Shown here: positions 34,262 through 46,419 of the stretch, piece by piece
How positions within the stretch are numbered: the first letter of the stretch is position 1
Layout of the letters: each line of letters starts with the position of its first letter
Assembly: GCF_964194155.1 (NCBI RefSeq)
Contig: NC_135895.1
Span: 9,424,001-9,488,000, forward strand
DNA length: 64,000 nucleotides
DNA from: Cetorhinus maximus
Taxonomy: Eukaryota
Direction of reading: 5' to 3'
The notes under the pieces: model-generated
Told to the model about the DNA's origin: nothing
Seen by the model: only the letters and a program-made list of their open reading frames with translations
Databases searched by the model: none
Program-made: the position numbers and the translations under genes

Positions 34262-34863
34262 GGGTAGAATTTTTCCCTCGTCAGACGGGCACAGGCCCGA
34301 CCTGAACAGGAGGAAAGTAGTGTGCGATGATGTCAGGCAAGCCTCCCGACGTCATCACACGCATGCACGATATTTCGGTCAGCGGTAAGAGGCCTGTTAA
34401 GCCCATTCATTAATTAATTGGGCGAATCGGCCCAAGCGGCCTTTGGATTTTCGAGGAAACCTCATCCATGTTTCCGATGTTGATTAAAGATAAAATAAAC
34501 CATTTAGAACTCATTTTCAACACGTACCTGCTCAGGTGTCAGGCTCACCTCAGTGGACGTGTTTTCTTTTTTCTTGAAGACTTTATTTTTAACGTGAAAG
34601 ACCTTCAGCTCCCTGAGGAAGTTCTGTGCCTTCAGAGAGCTTTCACTGAGCGCATCCACGCTCGCCCTCCTCCCGCCACCCGCCACCCCGGCAGCGCTGA
34701 GAATATCAGTGCGTGTTTCCCACTGGGCTGGCCATTAACTGATCGGCCAGCGTGAAATCGCGGGGTCGGGGCCTGATCACGGGCGGGCGGTCCGTTGCGC
34801 GGCCACTCTCCCAGGCCTGCCCGCCCACCACCTCGCCCGCCCGACGAGGTGAAAACTCTGCCC
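34262..34863. mobile_element. Harbinger-like MITE inserted in a CR1 3' fragment (34230-35110)
   Basis: TIRs gggtagaatttt / aaaactctgccc; flanks TAG / TGG; homologous to 6456-7103. Confidence 0.88.
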
Positions 34864-35959
34864 TGGGAGTCACAGCCTCAGGACGAGGGGTCGGGAGAAA
34901 GGGCTTCACTCAGATTTGTGAAGCTTTGAGTTCTGTCCCTGTGGGCTATGGATGTTCATTGAGTGCATTCAAGGCAGGGATGGATAGATTTTCGGACACG
35001 AAGGTAACAACAGGGATATTGGGATAGTTCTCAAAAGTAAAGTGAGTAAAGATCAGGCATTATCTCACTGAGTTCAACGGGCCACATGGCCTACTAATGC
35101 TGCTATTTTTTAATGACAAGACCTACATAAAGTTGACGTACTCCAGGGCGAGTGTTGCACACGAACACAATGTCATAGCGTGGAGTGTTGTCACGGGCAA
35201 CAACAAAAAAACCTCCCTTTCGGACACCTCCTGTATGGTTAGTTGAGATTGCACGGTGACCTCAGCTGCGCTTTCATTTGCTGCCAATGCCGCTTGCTGG
35301 GACGTACTTTGGTCGTGGGCTGTTTCACGTGTGCAATTCGTGGGGTGGAAGTGGTCGCAGGCTGCCTGGAAATGGTTTTGGAGGGTTACATAGAAATTAT
35401 AGCTCAGAAACAGAAACAGTTCAGCCCAACCGATTAACGTAACCGTTCACGTTCCAAACAAGCCTCCTCCCACCCTACATCCTCTAGACCTAGCTGACAG
35501 CATCCAGTATCGATTTGGAAGAATTAAATCGGATTGTCTACCTTGTTGGGTTTTTTTTTCAATGCGAGAGAGCTGCTGTGACTTTCAGCCATTGGCAGAA
35601 AATAGGCAGCAATGAATGGCCTCCACCCATCGGACAGTTAGCTGTAGTTAGCCGACCTGCAGTTAGCCAACTTGCAATGTCCCAGAGGGATGAGGCTGCA
35701 GGGAAGGGAGGGTTATAGGGTCTCCCTAATATATGTGGAAGGGAAGGAGAAAATTGACTATACTGAACTAAGGCAAGGAGGTTCTCTAAGAGTTGAGAGA
35801 GATAGAGAGAGGAGGGGCAAAACACCACTGCTGTTGACCAATATTATTCCCAGTCATTATTACATACACTCTAATTGATATACGTAACTGCTTTTGGAGA
35901 TTTATCTGGAAGCAACTGACAATCCTATTACTTATTGCTTACCCATATCCTCACAAACG

Positions 35960-36150
35960 AGCACTAAAACCAGAATGTCTGGTCATGGTCACATTGCTGC
36001 TTGTGGGACCTTGCTGTATGTGGGCAAACTGGTTGCCGCGTTTCCTGCGTAACAACAGTGGCTGTACTTCAAGAGCCATCTCAGTGGCTGTAAAGCACTT
36101 TGGGACAGCCGAGGTCGCACGCGGCGCCATATAAATGCGGGTACTTTCTT
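35960..36150 (+). mobile_element. SacSINE1-like 3' half
   Basis: cacattgctgcttgtgggaccttgctg...gcggcgccatataaatgcg. Confidence 0.75.
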
Positions 36151-37202
36151 TTTTCACTGGTCCCACAGTTTTTTGATCCACTACCTGATCCATTTTACAC
36201 GTTGGCTCCCTCTTCGTGTCAAGAGCTTCCGGACGCGCATCTTCCCTCACCCTTCGGCACTTTGCTTGCAGGGATCCAACACTCTCGTGCACCTTTGACA
36301 AGCTCAAACACGTTTGAGATGAGAGAGGGTCTGAACGTATATTCACACACGCGCGCAGACTTGAAAAGGGAAATTCTGCAGAGCTATCAAGAAAGTGCAG
36401 GATTAATTGGATGGCTCTTTTTGAAAGATTAAGCACAGATATGATGGACCAAATGCCTTCCTCCTGTGCTGTTAAGATTCTGTGATTTGACAAAAGCTAG
36501 TAACCGCACTAAACGTGCACCAAAGCATCAGCAAAATGGAGAAGCCTGAACTGCGACCCAGATTTGAAAAACATTTATGCAACGTGATAGCCACTTTTCA
36601 TATTCCCTTTGGATTTTCTTTTTAAGCAGTTTCGTACAAAATGCCCATAGTAATAGGATGCAATTCGACTGTCAGACAGCAGTTTCATGTCGAGTCATTA
36701 ATTATCCTTCATTCTGACAGCAATTCCACTGACACTAACAAGGCTGGTGAAGCAAAGTGTAGTTAGTCATGAGCTAGGAATGAATATGAATAACCGACCT
36801 TTTCTGAATAAACATAACTCTAAACAGTTATACCCCATTACTAAGGTAACCAATATGATACCTTCTACTGAGTGTACATAATTCAAACATCTTGCTGCCT
36901 CAATGTTTGCTCAGAAATGAAATCTAACATGTGCAGCCGTCTGCTATTTACCAAGAACGAGCAGAAAAGAGTGAATAGAACTGGTTACCTTATTCAGACA
37001 CACAAAAGGAGCGCAGATTGCCCTGTTGTTTAATTTATTGCCGTCTTTTGTTATTTTACGACATACACAGCAAGCAAATAATAACCACCTTGTTTAAATA
37101 CTCTCTGCTCAGAGTGATGACAGTGGCCTGATCTGCTTAGATGAGTGTGTCGCTTAACCAATACAAAACTTGGGAAGGGTTCCAATAGCTGGCTGTCAGG
37201 GG

Positions 37203-37218
37203 AAAGAGAGAGAGAGAG

Positions 37219-37249
<31 letters not shown>

Positions 37250-37339
37250 CGGCGCTGAGATAGAGAGAGGGAAAGAGGAGAAAGAAGGAAAGAGAAAGAA
37301 ATAAGAAAGAAAGAGAAATAAGGAAAGTAAAAAGAAATA
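37203..37339. repeat. (GA)n and purine-rich tract, continuing at 37971-38098 after the MITE
   Basis: gagagagagag...aaagagaaagaaataagaaag; abuts the tail of a minus-strand SacSINE1-like copy (38097-38250). Confidence 0.85.
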
Positions 37340-37970
37340 GGGCAGAGTTTTATGTCCTGCGGGCGGGTGCGCACCCGAACTGATCGAGCGTAAAATGATG
37401 TCGGGTGAGTGTCCCAATGTCATCGTGCACCCACGCGATATTTCGGTCGGCGGGCACGCGCGAGAGTTGGCAGCATGCCTGTCGACAATTAAGAGGCCGA
37501 TTAAGGCCATTACGGTATTCGTTAAGGCAGATTTTTCGCTGCCCGTCCAACCTTACGGTTGGCGGGTGGGCAAATCGGCCCAGGCGGCCTTGACATTTTT
37601 GAGGAAACCTCATCCACGGGCGGGGCTGAGGTTTCCGACATTAATTGGAAAAAAAATTTAAAACGTTCTGACATCATTTTTGTTCTGTTTATGTTCGTGT
37701 GAGGGAATCCTGCGTGGGGGGGACATGTCTATCAGATTTTCAGAATCTTTATTTTTGTTTTTAAAACCCTTCAGCTTCCCGAGGCAGCTTTCAGCTCCCC
37801 CCATGCCCCGCGCTGACTCCCTGCGCTCACCCTCCTCTCGCGCGTTTCACATTGGCAGCCCGTTAATTGGCCAGTCAGCGTGAAATCGCGGTCGGAGGGC
37901 CGATCGCGGGCTGCAGAGACCATTCCCCGGCCCCTCCCGGGCCCGCCTGATGACCCGGGACATTCTGCCC
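37340..37970. mobile_element. Harbinger-like MITE
   Basis: TIRs gggcagagtttt / gacattctgccc; flanks ATA / ATG; homologous to 6456-7103. Confidence 0.88.
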
Positions 37971-38096
37971 ATGAAGAAGGGGGGAAGAAAAAGGAGGGAA
38001 GAGAAAGAGTACGGGAAAGAGGGAAAGAGAAAGAAAGGCAAAACGGAAAAGGGGAAGGAAGAAAAGGAGAAAGAGAAAGAAAGAAAGCGGGAAAAA

Positions 38097-38250
38097 AAGG
38101 ACTTGCTTTTATATAGCGCCTTTCCCAGCCTCCAGGCACATTCGAAAGCACTTTACAATCGATGAAGTACTTTTTAAATGAAATCACCATTGTGATGTCA
38201 GAAGAAGGGCAGCCAATTTGTACATCGCAAGCTCCCACAGACAGTCATGT
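38097..38250 (-). mobile_element. SacSINE1-like 3' half
   Basis: gacttgcttttatatagcgcctttc...gcagccaatttg...gcaagctcccacagacag. Confidence 0.75.
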
Positions 38251-38252
38251 GA

Positions 38253-38518
38253 TTTAGGACTGAGATGAGGAGAAATTACTTCACTCAAAGGGTCATGAAT
38301 CTTTGGAACTCTCTACCCCAGAGGGTAGGGGAAGCTCCATCAGTGACTATACTTAAGGCTGGGTTGGACACAGTTTTGGTCTCTCAGGGAATCAAGGGAT
38401 ATGAGGAGTGGACGAGGAAGTGGAGTTCAAGCTCAAGGTCAGCCATGGTCGTATTGAATGGCAGAGCAGGCTCGATGGGCCGAATGGTCTACTCCTGCTT
38501 CTATTTCTTGTGTTCTTG
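38253..38518 (+). mobile_element. CR1-A 3' end
   Basis: MRRNYFTQRVMNLWNSLPQR. Confidence 0.9.
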
Positions 38519-38519
38519 A

Positions 38520-38920
38520 GAGGCTCGTGCACTCCAACGATCCCTTGAACAATGCCATCGGGAATTCCTTGCTCCTGGTTAGGCCACTCATGGTGACAAG
38601 GGTTGGTGGGGGGTGGTGGTGGGGGAGGTGCCAGATAAAGTGCAGTCCAAAAAATCCTCAAGAGCAGAACCGGCAAAGTAAGGCCGCGCGTCTCACCGAC
38701 TGTGAAGGTGGAAGAAGGCTGCAGTGGCAAGATGGGCCTGGTCATCGTGGTTTGACATGTCAAAGAAATCTGAGCATCAAGATCCTGTGGACAATGATGG
38801 CATCCCAAGGTCCCCACGTTAAACAAAGCCCGACGCAGGCTTCTACCAGGGTCCATTTGCCAAGTCCTGTGGTGATGGAGAATTGGCAATGGGGGCAGGG
38901 CATTGAACCTGGGAGACCCT
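38520..38920 (+). mobile_element. Possible RTE-clade 5' region
   Basis: gatccc...atgccatcggg...ctcctggttagg...gccagataaagtgcagtccaaaaaatcctc resembles recalled fish RTE (Rex3/Expander) 5' sequence; not verified. Confidence 0.4.
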
Positions 38921-40597
38921 AGTCAAGAATCTACACAAGGCAACAGGTGCATGAAGGTCATTGGACATCTGTGTAGGGAAGAGACGAGCAGTAAAGAGCT
39001 GCATCTGCATCTGATCTCAATGCCTCGGCTTATTAAAGGAAGAAAGACAGAATTTGGATTCCTTATTGCTAAGCAGCACGCCCCCAGTGGAAAACACGTA
39101 TGGCTGTACATTGGATGAGGTTATAGTTGACCTGACGCCCATCTCCTCCCCCAGCCTTACCTCCAAACTCGATCGTAAATAATGAACGGTGGTGATATAT
39201 GAATAAAGGTGGAGACCACCCATGGATCGGCAAGGAGTCAACACTTGCGGCAAAGGAGGGAGGGGAGAAAAGGGAGAAGGAGAGAAAAGAGAAAAAAAAA
39301 AATTCTGGTGCGTTCTTTGAACAGCAAGCTGATTAATGGTTTGGAATGGTGGTGCTGCATATTCTCAATCTGTTACAAAGCTCACTACGCAAGCAGGCTT
39401 ACCTCCTCCGGGTTAGTGACCTCAAGATTGTCTGAGCTCTCAGACAGCAAACCAACAACACATGAGAGTGGTTAACTATAAAAGCAAGCGAAACGCTGCA
39501 AAAATAATTCCCCATTCAGCCTCTCCTAGCCAATCTGTTTCGGATTAGAACCCATCACGAGGGTTACCTCTGTTCCTTGTTTTGTGTTTTTTAAGGACAC
39601 CAACAGTGAAAATGTCCACTTTACAGAGGGCATTTTTCTGTCCTGGTACATCATACCCGCACACAGATGCCAGCTCAAACCAACCAACCCAAGTTTGAAT
39701 TGTACGCCAATGTATCTTCTTTACGGACTTTCTTTAACACGTGCCAATAGAGCCACATCAACGACTCCAATTGATTAACAGTTATTATACAACCTCCCTC
39801 AGGAAAAAAAAACAGTCTCCGTCTCCCCAGTATTAAACTATCAAGCAGAAGCTTAAAGAAGAATTCAAGTCTTCCACCTCTCCCTCTCGTGAATCTTACT
39901 GAACTGACCCCGCACCACCAGCACATCAACATTCTCCTGTGGAATACCTGACACGTATTAACAAACAACTGCACTAAGACGTGTAGGATATATACTGTGA
40001 AATGAGGTTGTCTCATAAGACAGATGTTTCAAATGTTTTCTCGGAGTACTGCTGGCTAACTTATCCATTCAGTTCTGGCTGAGTTCCACTCTTTCAATTC
40101 TCAGTTGACATCTCAAATGTTGAGCAGAACATATTTACCTATCATCTTGTTTTTATGCTTTACAGTGACTAATTTCAAAAGGTATAATCCACACCCACAC
40201 AGTGTTAGTGAGAGGAGTGCTGCAGGGCATTCAATGTACAAATATATATATATATCTGTAGACATTCCATAATTTATACTCGCGAACCAATCTGATTAAT
40301 GCACATTCTCAAGCTATTCAGTGGAGATAATGCTCCCCCACTGAATTCAACACAAATACGTCTGGTTTTCCTATTAAAAGAAAGAGCTTCTCATTTTGTG
40401 TGTTAGTTTTCTCTCGTTCGATTCAGGCTCCTGCCGGGTTTTACGGTCCTCCCAGATCCTTTGGCGCTTTGCGTCGAGTGGACCAACTTCACATGCGAGT
40501 CGAGGCGTCGAAAGCGAGACGTTTCACTTCTGTGGCCATCTGCACGTCTCGGGGAAGTTGCACTGGCGCTCTTCTGACTGTTATATTTTCTTCTGTA

Positions 40598-40815
40598 CGT
40601 TCATGGGATGTGGGTGTCGCTGACCAGGCCAAAAGTTATTGTCCATCCCTCATTGCCCTTGAGGAAGCGGAGGTGAGCCATTTTCCTGATCATCCTGAGT
40701 GGCTTGTTTGGTTACCTCATAGGGTAGTCAAAAGTCAATCACATAGCTGTGGGTCTGGAATCACGTGTAGGCCAGACTGGGTGAGGACGCCAGATTTCTT
40801 TCTCTAGAAGACATC
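40598..40815 (-). mobile_element. SINE-B variant retaining a longer LINE-B tail
   Basis: Minus strand ...caagccactcagg|atgatcaggaaaatggctcacctccgcttcctcaagggcaatgagggatgg. Confidence 0.75.
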
Positions 40816-40910
40816 GGGTGGAGTTTTATGAGCCCTCCCGCCGGGGGAATTTTCCAGTCCCCCCAGAGTCAATGGACTTATGAACAGCTCACTGCATTTT
40901 CCAGCCCCAT
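40816..40910. mobile_element. Short MITE, truncated
   Basis: gggtggagtttt...ccctcccgccggggg..ttttccagtccc...gtcaatggact; homologous to 47261-47390. Confidence 0.65.
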
Positions 40911-41325
40911 CCCTCAACGCCATCCAGGACAAAGCAGCCTGCTTGATTGGCATCCCATCCACCACCTTAAACATTCAATGCCTCCACCACCGATGCAGGG
41001 CAGCAACTCACCAAGGCTCCTTCGACAGCAACTTCCAAACCTGCCACCTCTACCACCCTGAAGGACAAGGGCAGCAGATGCATGGGAACGCCACCACCTG
41101 CAAGTTCCCCTCCAAGCCGCTCACTCTCCTGACTTGGAAATACATTGCGGTTCCTTCCTGGGTCAAAATCCTGGAACTTCCTCCCTGACAGCGCTATGGG
41201 TGTAACCACACCAGATGGACTGCAGTGGTTCAAGAAGGCAGCTCACCGCCACCTTCTCAAGGGCAATTAGGGATGGGCAATAAATGCTGGCGTTGTCAGC
41301 GGCACTCATATCCATGAGCCAATTA
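40910..41325 (+). mobile_element. LINE-B 3' end
   Basis: LNAIQDKAACLIGIPSTTLNI and complete tail. Confidence 0.9.
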
Positions 41326-41659
41326 AAAAAAAGGGTACCAAAATGCTGAAGTGGAAAATCCTAACCAGAGCACTGGCAGAATGTCCGAGCATATGCAGGT
41401 GGTGGGGAGGCGGAGGGGGGGTGTCAGGTGGAACACTAGAAACAGTCCATGTCCAAGTGATCTGCGCTGGATTTTATGCACTACACGAGCCTTCTCCTAC
41501 CTCACCTCGTCTCGTCTCATTCGCTGAACACATCCTCTTCTTCCTTGCTTGCTCATGAACTCAAAAGGTTGCCTCTGGTGTCATGTCATGTGACAGGAAA
41601 TCAAGATTACACTACAGATGCCCCGACACACACTAAGCATTTGCCCTTAGTCCTGTTCG

Positions 41660-42048
41660 CCCATCGTCCCTGCGCTTGCTGACGTATCATAGCTTCCACC
41701 CCAGCGATGCCTCGATTTTAAAATTCTCACCTGTGTTTAAAACGCTCCATGGCCTCATCCCCACTTTATCTCTGTAACCTTCTGCACTCCTCCCTGTCTA
41801 TTCCTGATTTTAAACATTCCACCACAGGTGCAATGGGCTCTAAGCTCTGGAATTCCCTCCCTAAACCTTGCCACCTCTCTACCTCTCTCTCCTCTTCTAA
41901 GACGCTCCTTAAGACTGACCTCTTTGACCAAGCTTTTGGTCATCTGCCCTCATATTTCCTTTTGAGGCTCCGGTCAAACTTTGGTTGATAAATCTCCTGT
42001 GAAGCGCATTCGCTATGCTAAAAGTGCTTGATTAAATGCAAGTTGTTG
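41660..42048 (+). mobile_element. L2-clade LINE 3' fragment
   Basis: cctcgattttaaaattctc...ctccatggcctc; KLWNSLPK; LLKTDLFDQAFG; tail taaatgcaagttgttg. Confidence 0.78.
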
Positions 42049-42455
42049 TAAAGAAAGATGGAATTGTGACAGCACGATCACATATTGCAATCTAACAAAG
42101 CATTTTATTGACCGCGTTGGTGGACTACTCGATGGTCAAGTCTGGTCTGCCTTCGCCACACATGGAACCCAGTCAGGGATCGCTGAATAGCTATCGAGCT
42201 TCCTGGCCCAGTTTCAGACTCCTAAAATAGGGATCAGAGAGAAGCTTTCCAGATTCTTTCACAGCCCTGCCTCCACCCCACCCCCCCGCACCCCACCTCC
42301 AAACAAACCCCTGAGATTAGAATGGCTTTTTAAAAAAAAAAAATCGTTTTGCTTCTCATCCAGCAGATCACAGGGCTTCTGGGTGGGGTTGAGTCTGTAA
42401 GACGCTACACAAGGCATTGTAGTTGCGTAGGGTAGGTTTGGTGGACCAGAGACCC

Positions 42456-42499
42456 TTTCACTGTCTGCCATTGACTATTTCACTGTCTGCCATTGACTA
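42456..42499. repeat. Perfect 22-bp tandem duplication
   Basis: tttcactgtctgccattgacta x2. Confidence 0.9.
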
Positions 42500-42696
42500 T
42501 ATGTGCATGAGAAAGGGAACATTAGCTCAAGTTCACAAGGGGTGAAATATTGCAGCTCCCCATCCCCTAAGATCCTTTCATCTACCCCCCACCCCCCCCA
42601 CAATCATTGGTTGCAGCTGCAAACAGCTAACTCGGTATGGACTGGGAATTAACTACAGGACCTCCTGACGTGGGTGACTCAGCTAACTCCCAGCTG

Positions 42697-43135
42697 AGGC
42701 TCAGTGAGTAGCATCTTCACCTCTGAGTGAGCAGGTGCGGATTCAAGTTCCACTCCAGGACTTAAGCACAAAAATCTAGGTCGACATGCCGAGGGAGTGC
42801 TTCACTGTTGGGGATACTGCCCTTTGGACGGGACATGAAGCTAAGGCCTCCTCAGTCCTCCAGGTGTAGGGAAAAGATCCCAGGAAACTATTTCGAAGAA
42901 GAGCAGGGGTGTTATCCCTGGCCAATATTTATCCCTCAATCAACACCCCTAAACCAGATTGTTACATTGTTATTCATGGGAACTTGCCGTGTGCAAATTG
43001 GCTGCTGTGTTTGCTGTATTACAACAGTGACTACGCTACAGAAGTGCTTACATACATATGTACATCCTCTATCAGCTGGAAAATGCTTTGGGACATCCTG
43101 TGGTTGTGAAAGGCGCTATAGAAATGAAAGCTTTT
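42697..43135 (+). mobile_element. SacSINE1-like Deu-SINE
   Basis: Head ggctcagtgagtagc...ttcaagttccac; Deu core aagatcccagg..ctatttcgaagaagagcagggg; tail aaaggcgctatagaaatg. Confidence 0.82.
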
Positions 43136-43559
43136 TTTGAACGCCTGAGCCATGAAGGGGAGTGAGAAACCAAGGACATTCTTTTTTTAATTTAAGGGAC
43201 AGCCTGATCATTTTGCTTGAGGTATTTGCACCAGCTCCCCATTCTCATTTCTGAACCATTCCATTTTCGACACACTCGGAGAGGGTATCGATCAATAGTC
43301 AGTTTGAACAACGCCTCACAATGGATTTTCTGCACTGCCTGAATAGCAATGAGTGCTCTTTCCAGAGACAAAGCACCACGCCAATTAACAAGCACTTCCC
43401 TGCTCCGACCCCCAGCCTAGACCATCGAGTCTGATCCATGCTAGGAGCAAACTAATGAACTTGAAGACTGGAGGCAGCCGCGATGGCTGTAAAGTTTGCT
43501 GGAGCACAGCTATGAAATATTGATGTCCTTCCAAGGACCGGAAAATATTGATGAAAAAA

Positions 43560-43935
43560 AAAAAGAAAGACTTGCATTTATTTAGTGCTCTTCACAACCA
43601 CTGGATGTCCCAAAGCGCTTTATAGCCAGTGAAGTTCTTGTCGAAGTTCAGTCACTGTTGTAATGTAGGAAATGTGGCAGCCTACGTGCAGAAGACAAAC
43701 ACCCAGCAATGTGATGACAATCAAATAATCTGATTTTCGCGAATGATTTTTTTGTTGACTGAGGGAATAATTATTGGCCAGAACACCGGGGATAACTCCT
43801 CTGCTCTTCTCGAAATAGCGCCATGGAATGTTTTACAGATCTACCCAAACAGGCTGATTGGGCTTTGGTTTAACGTCTGATCCAAAACATAGCACCTCCG
43901 ACAGTGCAGTGCTCCCTGCAGACTGCACTGGAGTC
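43560..43935 (-). mobile_element. SacSINE1-like Deu-SINE (head missing)
   Basis: gacttgcatttatttagtgc...ttggccagaacaccgggg...ctgctcttctcgaaatagcgccatgg. Confidence 0.8.
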
Positions 43936-44166
43936 AATAATTTACAAACCCCGTCATGAGCTGTGGTTATTACAGCCCAATGTTTGTCTGGAGGAACAAA
44001 TGTAAAAGGGATTCAGAAATGAGGTTATAACGAGCAGTGAGAGTGAGGTCTTGATAATGGACTGGGGTGTGAAACAGGCAGGTCAAATGAGGCTCACTGA
44101 CTCAAAGCAGGTAAGATGAATCATCCCAGTCTACATGCACTGAAAGACATGGAAAACCAAAACCGT

Positions 44167-45185
44167 AGGCTGGATTTTACAGGTTCAAGCGGGATATGGG
44201 AGGCGGAATGGGAAGTGAGTGGTCCGCTCACTCCCTCCCCACCATCAGTAAAAGGGAGGCAGTGACGGTGGTATTGTCACTGGACTAGTATTCCAGAGAC
44301 CCAGGGTAATGCTCTGGGCACCTGGGTTTGAACACCACCATAGCAGCTGGTGAAATTTGAATTCAATAAAAATATGGAATTAAAAGTCTGATGATGATGA
44401 CCATGAAACCATTGTCGTAAAAACCCACCTGGTTCACTAATATCCTTTAGGGAAGGAAATCTCCTGTTCTGGCCTACATGTGACTCCAGGCCCACAGCAA
44501 TGGGGTTGACTCATAAATGCCCTCTGAGCAAAGGCAATTATGGATGGGCAATAAATGCTGGCCAAGCCAGCGAAGCTGAATTTAAAAAAGCATGGCAAGC
44601 CAAGTGTTGGGCACACAATTAGCAGCTTCCTAGTTTTACATTGGGAAGTGGGGGGTGGGGGACTTCATGCCCAACCGGGTGTCTAGGCTGGGACATCTGG
44701 CGGGAGAGAAGTGGAAGTCAGTCACGGCCACCAATTTAAAGGCCCCGATCTCTCACTCTCTCCTTATTTGTTATGGCAGCCTAAAAACTGTAAAGAAATA
44801 AAGCTGAATTACATCCAAACACTGCCATCTTCGCCAGCAGAAGCTACTGCTCCCTGCCACCACGGTCCCATTGGCAGGCCTTTCCTTCTGCCCTTGCCTC
44901 ATACCTGGCATAAATGACTCCCCAACTCCTCCCCGTCCGAGGCCCAATAAATGCAGTGGGCAAAGAAAAATTGCCAACAGTTGGCTCTTTAAGAAGCTCA
45001 ATAGCTTGTTAATTGGCTGTGCCAAAATGACAGGTGGGCCACCAATTTCGGCATCCGCTCACCTTCCGTATTATCGGAGCCTGGTGGCATGGCGTCAGAT
45101 TGCCAACCGGACATCATCACGCCATATTTTACAGAAGCGCCCGGGGTGGTGGCATGCCTGATGTACGTCCGTAAAATCCAGTCCC
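44167..45185. mobile_element. Harbinger-like MITE carrying a SINE-B insertion
   Basis: TIRs aggctggattttac / gtaaaatccagtccc. Confidence 0.72.
44262..44590 (+). mobile_element. SINE-B (short-junction variant)
   Basis: Head gtggtattgtcactggactagtattccag...gggtttgaacacc; junction gccctctgag|caaaggcaattatggatggg. Confidence 0.88.
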
Positions 45186-45369
45186 ATTATAGTAACGCGA
45201 TGTCTCAGCCTATGTCACTCTGTCACTGAGCCACAGCGGTAAGAGGTGCCAGGCTCGATTCCTGCAGCCACTTCCCTAATCCTAACCACACCTCCCACAC
45301 CTCCCCTTCCCATGGTGAGCTAGCTGATCCCTCAGTCGGGAAGGCCACAATCAGTCTTTTTAAAAAATT

Positions 45370-45700
45370 CTTTGACAGGATAGGGAAGGCCAATATTTGG
45401 TCGCCCATCCCTGATTGCCCTTGAGAAGGTGGTGGTGAGCTGCCTTCTTGAATCACTGCAGTCCATGTGGTGTAGGTACACCCACAATGCTGTTAGGAAG
45501 GATGTTCCAGGATTTTGACCCAACGACAGTGAAGGAACAGTGATATAGTTCCAAGCCAGGAATGTGAGTGACTTGGAGGGGAACTTGCAGGTGGTGGTGT
45601 TCCCATGCATCTGCTGCCCTTGTCCTTCTAGGTGGTAGAGGTCGTGGGTTAGGAAGGTGTTGTTGAAGGAGACTTGGTGAGTTGCTGCAATGCGTCTTGT
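45370..45700 (-). mobile_element. LINE-B 3' end
   Basis: Highly similar to 22490-22780. Confidence 0.88.
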
Positions 45701-45945
45701 AGAGTCGTGAGTCTTTGGAACTCTCTTCCTCAAAAGGTGGTGGAAGCAGAGCCTTTGAATATTTTTAAAGCAGAGGTAGATAGATTCTTGTTAAGCAAGG
45801 GAGTGGAAGGTTATCGGGGCCAGGCAGGAATGTGGAGTTGAGGTTGCAGTTAGACCAGCCATGTTCTTACTGAATGGCGTAGCAGGCTCGAGTGGCTGAA
45901 GGCCTACTCCTGCACCTAATTCGTACAGTCATATGTTCATATGAT
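45700..45945 (+). mobile_element. CR1-A 3' end
   Basis: tttggaactctcttcctcaaaagg...ggcctactcctgc. Confidence 0.85.
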
Positions 45946-46419
45946 GGGCATGCAGAGTACAAGACAACTGCAAGCTGCTGCCTTATGGAGACAGAAATGC
46001 CTTGGTCCAATCAGAAGAGTTAGTTTGCAGCTGAGGTTTAGAGAGCTACACCCATTGCCTTTACTGCTTATTAAACCCTGAATTATTAGTCAAAGTCTTA
46101 AATGGACACCAAATGGTGGTGGGGGCTGCGGGGGTGGTATTGGGGCTGGTGGAGGGAAAGGATTCTTGTTGCCTCCTCACAGTCAGTCCACTTGTACATT
46201 TCAATGGCACCAAGACCTGGAGAACTGTAGATCAGTACATGCACGTTTCCTGGGGAATAGATCAAAATGCTCTCTTAGACTTTGTATTTTTAACAACAGA
46301 ATGCGAGTTACGCGGAGAGACTAGACGGACGGTCGTTGTTCAAAGTTGTGAAGGGTTTTGATAGAATAAGTCAGGAGGAGTGGTTTGCTCTGGCAGAAGG
46401 GCTGGTAGTCCGCAAAACC

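Noticed and set aside
37051-38238. Ser/Leu- and Lys/Glu-rich ORFs
   Set aside because: They derive from GA/purine tracts and a GC-rich MITE.
42560-42690. Old tRNA-SINE-like remnants (also ~5925-6060, ~34100-34215, ~45200-45350)
   Set aside because: Similarity is visible but too decayed to assign boundaries or a family by eye.
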